Source: Macrostomum lignano (lineage: Eukaryota). Taken from it: a DNA stretch of 33,415 bases. Both the position numbers and the translations under genes were made by a program. The DNA lies in assembly GCA_002269645.1 (NCBI GenBank), contig NIVC01000961.1:1-33415 (forward strand), read 5' to 3'. Below, in pieces: positions 11,055-19,602 of the stretch (the first letter of the stretch is position 1; every line of letters begins with the position of its first letter). A model generated the notes under the pieces. That model worked only from the letters and a program-made list of their open reading frames with translations. It had not been told where the DNA came from and did no database searches.

Positions 11055-12680
11055 AAGCCCTCTGGGACCAACTAACTTAAGTAAGCATTCATTGAGCTTT
11101 CTGGAGATAATGAAGTTCAAGATCGAGCTGAAAAGGATCTGTCCAAGCCAGAAGCAGACCGAGGAACTGTTTACTGGTAATAAATTCTAGCCTCGACCGA
11201 TTGGCATTCTGCATACAGTCAAAGTCCATCGGCGGGGCGGACAACAAAGGATTTCACAGCGCAAACAAAAATAAATGGCGTGTTGACCCTATGTGAATTG
11301 AGCTAGAGTTTTCAGTCCGAGCCATTTCCCTTTACGTTGGGACTTACACGTAGAACTTTGAAATTCCTAGACTGCTGTGAACTGTTTATCGGCGCACCCC
11401 TTCTGAAGCTCACGAGTCGCTATTGTTCTTCAGGTCACGCTGTCTGGCTATCTGGCTAGAACTGCCTAGCGGTAGCCTTGCAGAACGGTTTTCTAGAAAA
11501 GCCTTCTAGAAAAGCCTTCTATATAGAACCGGGACGCTTCTATTAACCTGAGACCATCAAGAAAAAAAGTAAAGTGACAGTCTGAAGCGCAGCTAATTTA
11601 ATTGGATTAAGAAAGCCAAAAAAGTCTCAGAAATCTTCCAACTTTCGCTCGCTCGTACATATGAGTTGTGGGGACTTACTACTGGCGGGGGCACAGACGC
11701 GATTTGGCCGCGTGGCCCATCAATACTATGTCTCCAAGAAGTCCAACAGACCTGGAGAAAGCATGCAAAACTCAGCTTTTGAAGTTTCGAGCTTGTAAAA
11801 CGCCCCCCCCCGTATCCGGAAATAGGCCGGAGGCTTGTCGTGCGATTTTGCGATTGTGTGCCAAACCACAAGGCACAGAATGTATAGGAGCACACGCCTT
11901 AACATGAGAAAGTCAGAGCTGCTGTATGAGCTACTCTACGTGAGCGTGTGCCTACTACGTAAACACTTGCATGCAAAATGCTTCGAAAGCCCCCTCTGCG
12001 ACTTACTAATTTCAGTAAGCATCCATGAAGGTTTTTGAGGCTGGCGAAGTTCAAGATCGAACTAAAATGAATCTGTCCGAGCCAGGAGCTGACGGGAAAA
12101 CAGTTAACTGGCTTTTAAAAGCAAGTCTCAAGCAATTGGCATACTGCATCCAGTCAGAATCGATCGATCGCCTAGGTCAGACTTATGGCGGGGCAAACAG
12201 CCAAGGGTTTCGCACAGCGCAAACAAAAATAAATGGCTTTGACTATGCAAAAGTCGAGTTTTCAGCCTGCTGTGACGAGACACTTCCCTTTATAAGTTGG
12301 GACTTACATGATGAACTTTGAAATTCCCTTGCTTGTGAGTTACTTATCAATGCACCCCTTCTAAAGCTCACGAGTCTATTGTTCTTCGGGTCACGCCGTC
12401 TGGCTAGAACTGCCTTGCAGTAGCTTTTCAGTTATTGTTTTCTTAGAAAGCCCTTCACTCTAATCGAGATATGTCTGCAAGAAAACTTTAGCAGGTCTCT
12501 TTTAAAAAGAATACAAGGTACTTAGTACTCAGTCGAGTAGGTGATTTAAAAAGTCAGTTAAAAGTCGTTTTCTTTGTTTGCTTTTCAAAATGAAAGACCC
12601 ATCACAATATCAATAGTTATATTTCTCCAAAACCAAAACGCTTCTTTTAATCTGAAACCAGCAAGAGAAAGTCAAATGTT
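11055..12680 (+). repeat. Diverged direct duplication (about 11055-11580 versus 11987-12680)
   Basis: Shared collinear blocks include GAAGTTCAAGATCGA, CACAGCGCAAACAAAAATAAATGGC, TTGGGACTTACA, GAACTTTGAAATTCC, AAGCTCACGAGTC, TATTGTTCTTC and CTGGCTAGAACTGCCT, separated by indels. Confidence 0.85.
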
Positions 12681-13602
12681 TTAGAATAATGTGTTGCGGG
12701 GGTGTGCCCCTCTGACGATGATTATGATCGTTGATGTTTCTGTTGAATCAAATAAGTCGGAGGTTCGATTTGTTTCTCTCGATCTCTAACCTTCAACAAG
12801 ATTTTTATTACTAATCAATGTTAGTAGCAATTCCTAATAGGATATTGATCACGCAATTACGCAAATTTGTTAAGCAATTCAGTGAAAATGGAGCCACAGG
12901 CTACTTATCGATATTGTTGCACGAATTGACGTTTGTCCGGATTTATCTCTGTTAAATCAGGATATTAGAGTTCAGGCCGATTGTTGGGGCAAGCTAGCGG
13001 CGCAGTTGAGGAGGCAAAGAGGCGGAGAGCCGAGAACCGGGAAAAACTGGAGAGAGGCTTCATTCTCACTGAACGCTAGTATATATATGATTTCTATAAC
13101 GCATTTCATTGGTGTTCGCTTCACGCAATAGGATCTTTACTGGTGCACAAGCATGTGCTGTACTTTCCTGATAGAAAAACCTTCTGAAGTTCGCATTAGA
13201 CTAAAAAATAACATTGGGCATAACATGCTTAAATTAAGATCACTTCAAAAGGAAATTGACAGTCTGGAATGCAGAAAACTTTTTCGATTAAAAAAGCCAA
13301 AAAACAGTTTTAAAAATTTGCCACCTTACTAAGGAATACGAGCTAAAAACCCAAACAGTTTAAGAAATTTTCTAATATAATATTCATTGCAATGTCAAAA
13401 AATAAATTTCTGAAGAACCAATGCATCTCTCCTAAATGGATCATAAAACTATCAAGCAAATTAAAGTGAGGAAATAGAAACCCAAACGATGAAAGAGGAA
13501 AAGCACAGTATTCAGCTGTTAGCCTAATTGACCGACTCCATAGTCAAGAGCGATTGAACACTCGAAAAATTGTGTCTTGTATCTTCAAACTGCCTCCTTG
13601 CT

Positions 13603-15698
13603 TCACGCAGCCTCACTTGAAGGGCTGCTCAGTCCATTGCGGTTCAGTCTACGAAGGAATTGCTGCCTGCGAGCTGCCAGTTGCCGTAGCCGCCTGTTGT
13701 GCACTCGAATTCGGCACCGGATTGCCGTGGCCCGCTGAGCGAGGCGTCGGCGCTTCGCCGCGATGGCGCGGATTCGACTGACCAGATTGTCGCGTTGAAT
13801 ACGCAAACTGGCGTTGGTAGCGTTGACTCGGGCGCCTCGCTTTATGGCTTTTGATGAGGGCACCTTTGGAAAATGGATAGTTAATCATTTTCGAAAAATG
13901 AAAACTCCGACTTGTAAGCTCCTTATTGACAAGCGAATTCTGTATTGCCAAAGTTCAGCTAGCTAATGCTCAGTGCAACTCGGAAGGCTCCCTCTTTGCA
14001 ACACGTACCGTAAACAAAAAATTAAAAGTATTAGAACCAAAACTGTTGACGCATTTTTTCGACTAAAAATGGTCATCGTCAGAGCAAACCTTCTACTAAA
14101 TAGCATAATATGCTACGAGTATGTCTAGATACGTTTTTGGTTTTCTTGGGTGAAAATCGCGCCATTTCGTCCTGATAGTGGTCGAAATGCATTGATAATG
14201 AGGTGAGCAGTCTGTTTGGTCGGGAACTTTACTTCGGCTACTATTCAGGATCTTGCTTCGACATAAACTTAAAAGATGAGGGACAGAAGCTATCGGTTTG
14301 CAACATTTTAACGACCTCACGCACCTGTTTCTGTTTGGGTGCTTTGGTAAAAACTATGAAGCTTCCCAAAGTCCTCCTCTGTCCTGTCTCCGTTGCGTCA
14401 ATTAGCCGTTCAAGTTGTCGACGTCTTACGCGGAGTCGGAACAGCCTACGCCGCAAACGAAACTGCCGATGCCGGATGTAAATCTTGCGGGTCTTAAGTA
14501 TGTCTATTTTCTTATATTCGTAGCGCAGATGCGATTCAATGTGTTTCATTCGATTGTCGATTCGGTCAGCTAATGTCATGTGGGTTTTAACCTTTGGTTT
14601 CGGAGCAATCTTTAGCAATTCTACGTGTTCACGCAGCCCAAGTCTGGACAAAAGAGTACTGTACCTTGTTACTGCCTTGTGCATTTCTTTGTCATATTTT
14701 TTCTGATTAATCAACTCATGAGTCTTCATGGCGTTGAGCCTTTTCTGCCCAATGTTTTTCTTACTCTGTCGCAGTCGCGCAAGTTTTGTCTCGATATTGG
14801 CTACTTTGCGTCGAGAAAGCAGCATAGCTCTTATAAAATGCCTGAAATCAGCCATATAGGTATAAATCCGAGTAGCAAAGCGCGTCACATCCGCTCGGCT
14901 AGTCACGTCCAGGTGCCGACGACTGGAAATCGGATCGTCTTTTATGCTAAACCTGGCGAGCCGTCGCAAGTCGTATGGCTTCCATCTCTCTATGAATTGT
15001 TCCATGGGCCAGTATCGCTCATTGCTATCTGCCAGCTGAAGACGAACCCGCTTTTTGAGCAAAGCGATTCGTCTCCGAAAAATTTGCCGCCTTTTCGACA
15101 GTCGCCTAATGCGACGGCGCAGCGCTGCCTGTTGAATAAGCAGAATGCGCTTGGACGGCTGCTGGGAAGTCCGAACCTCAGTCTTTGTGATATTGGCAGA
15201 CTTACTCTCACCCAGCTTCATGCGAGCTCTCTCTGTCTGAGCAATGCTACTATGTTTAGCCAGAGCTGCCATTCGAATTTTGAGCTGTTTCAACCGTTCG
15301 TCCACGACTTGTTCGTGTCTTTTAATTCGATTGATCCGGAATCTGAAAAGCAGGGATCGCCTCATGTCGCGCAACCACGCTCTCTCCCCTTCTCGGAAGC
15401 GTTTGTTCCACTCGGTGACGGATTGGCTTCTGATGTGTAGCTTTCTTGGCTTGATGACCCCGTTTTGCTTGCGATAGCTGCTAGCTGCTTTGGTGCCTTT
15501 CAGCTGCTTCTCCAGCATATTTCTGAGCTGCGTTATCTGTCCCAGAAGATTCCTGTTTTGCTCAGAGGCTTGAGATCGGGCTTTCCTGAATTCCCGAATC
15601 AGCACTCGAAACTGATTGTTTGCCTGCACTCCATTCGACTCTGGAAAGCAGTGGTGCGGATGGCCATCTAGGATTAATTTCGTATTTTTGTGCCTCAT
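13603..15698 (-). CDS. Unknown ~544-aa highly basic (Arg/Lys-rich) predicted coiled-coil protein, nested antisense in FMO intron 4
   Basis: Open frame of about 1.5 kb (14241-15755) with first ATG at 15698. A phase-0 donor CAG|GTGCGT at 14325/14324 joins a phase-0 acceptor (ATTAAC...TATCCATTTTCCAAAG|) at 13864/13863, adding an 86-aa exon of the same Arg-rich character. About 127 of 504 residues of the long ORF are R or K (hand count). No recognisable family. Confidence 0.75.
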
Positions 15699-16346
15699 AT
15701 CTATACCGTCTGAAGAGTTGATTCGGGAGGTGATCAGTCTCCCGAAAACTCCCACTTCCAGACACTTAAGCCTGGGAACAAAATAAAGTGATCACTTACT
15801 TTTGCGGGCTCCTCTTCTGTGTAGTGCAGGTTCTCCGAGCTCGTTTCTTCTAATCTTCTTCTTCTCCGGAGGAATCTTCTTGAAGTCTCGAATCGGCCGA
15901 ATGAGAGCGTGACGATCAAATCAGGCGACGTCGCAGTATTTCTCGAATGCAAATCAATATAGGCCTTAAGCTCAGTAATCAATATCAACGATGCGCCCTT
16001 GTAATAAAATCAACTTTCTGTAATAATCACGAGGACCTCCAAGAGGGGCGTCTTCTTCTAGATCTAACGGAATCGGAGTCGTGTGCTCCTATCGGTTAAT
16101 CTAGGATAACCAAAATCAATCAATCGATAATCCTCTAAGGGTATCGGAATCGGTCCGCCGATCCTATCCAATCCCTTAGGAAAATGGGAGGCCTCAAATT
16201 CAATGAACTCAGTCCAAACGACTGGATAGTAGCGGCCGGCAATAAATCGCTCTCAAAATCAATAACAAAGGCTCGAGCAACGGCTCACCAATTGGTTTAT
16301 CTCTCTCTCTCAGAGATGTAGCCTCGCTTAGCTGTTCCAGCAAGCT

Positions 16347-16402
16347 CCAAGATCTTTAGAGGCTGCTCCGAGTCCCAAGATCTTTTGAGGCTGCTCCGAG
16401 TC
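16347..16402. repeat. 28-bp tandem duplication just downstream of the proximal minus-strand TATA box
   Basis: CCAAGATCTTTAGAGGCTGCTCCGAGTC (16347-16374) and CCAAGATCTTTTGAGGCTGCTCCGAGTC (16375-16402), one mismatch. Confidence 0.9.
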
Positions 16403-16430
16403 TGAGATTTTTAGCTCGGATTTTGGCTTG

Positions 16431-16438
16431 TATTTATA
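16431..16438 (-). promoter_or_regulatory. Candidate proximal TATA box (TATAAATA) of the nested gene
   Basis: TATAAATA on the minus strand. There is no ATG on that strand in the roughly 730 nt down to ATG 15698. Plausible UTR donors lie at 16288 (G|GTGAGC) and 15799 (A|GTAAGT). Confidence 0.5.
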
Positions 16439-16823
16439 GGAAACCTTCTTGAAGAACAGATTATTTTTAGTAGGTGACAGTTTAGCGCTTTGGAAATTTG
16501 ACCCCTATGGAATACATTAGGTTTGAGCGTCAATACCATATTCGGAGTTCTAAATTTAAGTGTTGCAAAAGGTGGTCATTTGTTGCTTTCGTGGTCTTTA
16601 AAAATAGAGTGTGACAATTTGCAGTTTTTACAACATTCAAGTTTTTCGCATTTTTATGTTTCTACTTACAGTAGTCTGCTTGTAATGCCTCTGGAGATCT
16701 CTACACGTCCGTATATAATCAATAGCAATTTTTTTATGAGACTGAGATGACTTAAATGGGTCCAGTCGCAGTAAAAATCGAAAAAGGATATATTGCGAAA
16801 GTTCAAGCAAGTTGAAAATTTAC

Positions 16824-16932
16824 CAGAACGTTTGCCGTGTTTAATGGCTGCTCCGCTGCAAAACTGGAAAATCTCTCCGAAAATCAGCAAGCCAGCGAAA
16901 ATCAATAGATGAGCTGCTCTAATCTGGACCAT
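16824..16932 (-). CDS. Signal-peptide-encoding exon (MVQIRAAHLLIFAGLLIFGEIFQFCSGAAIKHGKRS)
   Basis: ATG at 16932, hydrophobic core LLIFAGLLIF, small-residue cleavage region CSG/AA, then a GKR site. Phase-1 donor G|GTAAAT at 16824/16823. The downstream partner exon is uncertain. Confidence 0.55.
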
Positions 16933-17080
16933 CTCAACTCGTTTTGTTTAGCAGCTCAATACGCAAAGTAAATGTAGAGTCAATTCTTCCACTTTCTTCA
17001 GTTTTTCCACTTTTGCACACTGCTGGGAAATTAAAGCTAAAGAGTCTGAGTTTGGGCAGTTCTACTTTATTCGTTATGGC

Positions 17081-17137
17081 TATTTATACACGGCGAGGAT
17101 CGGGTGGAAGCGCAGGGGGTGTAATTCATTTCATTGG
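17081..17137 (-). promoter_or_regulatory. Candidate distal promoter: CCAAT box plus TATAAATA
   Basis: Minus-strand CCAAT at 17137-17133 and TATAAATA at 17088-17081, about 150 nt upstream of ATG 16932. Confidence 0.55.
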
Positions 17138-17462
17138 TTGACTGAGTTGATTAAAATACTAATACTGCTGGAAGGGTAGCTGCTCGTAGCTTTATCCAGT
17201 TTTAAATATTGACATATTTTGGAGTTTGAAATTTTATCTTTACAAATTTCGCACATACATGCATATGGGTTTAAGTTACGCTACGAGCGTATCTCCTTGT
17301 ACGCTCGTAATTTGATTTCTGAATACGTGTAGGTTGTGAAAACATTTTCAGAGCGTTTACACAGCCTTTATTTTTTATTTTTCCAACTGAATTTACTTAC
17401 AAATACTTTAATTTCCACCCTCTATCATCCCCTCTGACCAAACTTTCCTCACCATCTATAAG

Positions 17463-18019
17463 GCAGTCAGCCCGCCTTCAGCAGCCACCTGCTGGCCAAC
17501 GCGTACCGCCGCGGCGGCCCAGACCCCGACGTGTCGGCGGAGCTGGCCGCCGTCTGCGCCGACCCGGACGGCAGCTTAGCGGCCTCAGCCATCGCTCGGG
17601 CGCTGCACTCGACTCGCTGGCAGTTCTGTCGACGTCGCCAATCAGACGGTACGGTTACAGAGGCCGAGAAAGAGGAAGGCACGGCGGAGTTTTTCGGCTC
17701 TCTGGACGATGATCCGGGACGCGGACTGACGCTGCAGTACCGAGAAAGTCGTCCCGCTGGCCAGTGGCTCTTCCAGTTAGCATTCAAGAAGCTGCAACCA
17801 GCCAGCACGCTGAGCCTGTTGAACAAGCCGGAGGGACTGCCACTCTGTCTCCGACTGAGCAGATCGACCGAGGGCTGGCTGGCCGAGGCCTTTGGCTGGC
17901 GGTTCTGCTTCGCTTTCCGGGGAATACAGCTGGAGAGGTTCTCGCTGCTAAGGGAAGAGGCTGAGGGCTACTGCAGGCTAGCTGAGTACCAGCCAATGGT
18001 GTTACTGAGGAATATCTGA
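17463..18019 (+). CDS. Terminal exon 5 of the FMO gene, DUF6314-like C-terminal domain
   Basis: GC-rich 185-codon exon with no ATG near its 5' end. It is preceded by CTGAC, a long pyrimidine tract and AG (17461-17462). Its phase 1 matches the FMO donor at 10298. The five exons total 1965 nt, or 655 codons. AATAAA at 18134-18139. The domain assignment comes from recalled motifs only. Confidence 0.7.
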
Positions 18020-18212
18020 TGGCTAGGTTCGTGGATAGACTAAATGGACCAATAGGGTAGCATACTTTTTTGTTTTTTTGATTAGTAGCTACAGAACTTT
18101 TCCGCGATATCACTACCTTTCTTTTGATTAGTCAATAAATTAAGAATCGGTGATTGATAAATTTGTCGTTCGAAACTGCATCTTTCGCGTGTTCGGTGTG
18201 TACCCATGATTC

Positions 18213-19088
18213 TATGAGGACAAGTGAAAAAGCTAATCAGATAGTAATGTCACAAGCTTCAAGCCTCCTCCCAGATCAGGCACTTCTTCATGCACCATTG
18301 CCCTCCCTCCAGGTCGTTCGTGTGGAATGCAGGAGGCTGCGCAGCAAGCCACCTGCGCGGCAACCTTCTTGGTAGCCTCTCTGCAGTCGAGTCGGATTCC
18401 CTTGATCGCCTCCTTTAGTTTCGGAAAGAAAAAAGGCTCGTAACAAATGATGTTTGATAGATTTTGGGTTAGGAAGTCAACCATCACAACTCCCGCATAA
18501 TCCCAGAAGACTGCAGACTCTTTGACACGGAACTTCTTGCAAGGGCCCGCTGATCTGAACATCGTAGCATCCACTAATTGAATTGTACTTACATGTAGGA
18601 GTAATATCGATGCATTATCACTGCATGGTCACCAAGCGCTGGTAGAGTCTTTGGAGTCGGCGTTCACGCAGTTAGATTGTCAGACTGACGGCACATTCAG
18701 TGCGCTGAACCCGATGTTCAGGCCTCAACCGGCGCGAGAGGCCCAACGGGCTTTCAGCTTGTTCAGACCAAGAGTGTCGGTCTGAACAAGATACACAAAA
18801 GAGAGTGAGCACTTCAGAGAGATGCCCATTTGAGCAAAAATCTGGTCTATGGTCACGCGGCATTCCTGCTCAATCATGTACTGCACAGCTGCCACGGTTT
18901 TCTCTGTGCGCGGTGTTGTTAGTGTTCCAGATCATATTGAGCATCTACGAACCATCGGCCCTACTAAAGTGCCTGAATCGTTCGGTGAACTGTCGGATCT
19001 GGTAAAACCAAATGAAACCATTTGCACGTCAATACATCATATATTTTAGAGTTTCAAAAAATTATTACTTCTTTACTTCGCTCTCGTA
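18213..19088 (-). mobile_element. Decayed Tc1/mariner element (mariner-type transposase pseudogene, 3' part missing)
   Basis: Minus-strand frames give EKTVAAVQYMIEQECRVTIDQIFAQMGIS, LGLNKLKARW and KKFRVKESAVFWDYAGVVMVDFL...KLKEAIK, matching the mariner HTH, ARWVP and VFWD regions, with stops and frameshifts. Termini are tentative: TATGAGGACAAGTGAAAAG at 18213, and TACGAGAGCGAAGTAAAG read inward from 19088. Confidence 0.85.
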
Positions 19089-19602
19089 TTTTTACTATTA
19101 GTAAAGATTTCAAGTAAACAGATCGATTTTTTAAATTTTGCTTAATATAGCATGGCTATTTTACTGCTCCATTGCCTTCCGTAAACCTTTGTCTGCAAAA
19201 ATAAGTGATTTGTACAATCTAAACCAAGCTAATATTCGATTAAATTTACTCTCCAGTTAAATCAAATTCCATTTAAGATTTGTATTTGTCTAATTTCCTT
19301 CGAAGCCGAAGCCACAAGTAGAAACTTGCGTTTGCTGCTTGAGAGCAAACGGTATTGTTTAGCGTAAAAGTATTGCTTCAAATTATAGCGTTTTTCATAT
19401 TTTACATAGTAAAGTATTGTAGTTTTGTTTTACAAAAAGGTTTGTTTTATTGAATAATGATTTAGTTTTCCTCGCACCAAATTTAAAACTTTATTTACTT
19501 CACAAATTTTACTTACGCTGATTACTTGCGCGGCAATATTTATTTGTATTGTAACTTACTGTATACTTATCAACTCCTTACGGTACCAGTAAACTTGTAA
19601 AG

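Noticed and set aside
15800-15997. Coding exon upstream of the basic ORF (ORF 15734-15988, or the basic frame DRHALIRPIRDFKK...RRGARK)
   Set aside because: No ATG, and no stop-free in-frame path from the signal exon. The basic frame would need an unproven 1-nt indel near 15918. Treated as probable UTR.
16270-16440. LTR with primer-binding site (TGGTGAGCC after ...AACCA, on the minus strand)
   Set aside because: No second LTR, gag/pol motifs or polypurine tract was found. G|GTGAGC is better explained as a 5' UTR splice donor.
17282-17309. Perfect 10-bp hairpin TACGAGCGTA-N8-TACGCTCGTA
   Set aside because: Real but isolated. No RNA-gene or element context, and one such stem in 33 kb is not compelling.
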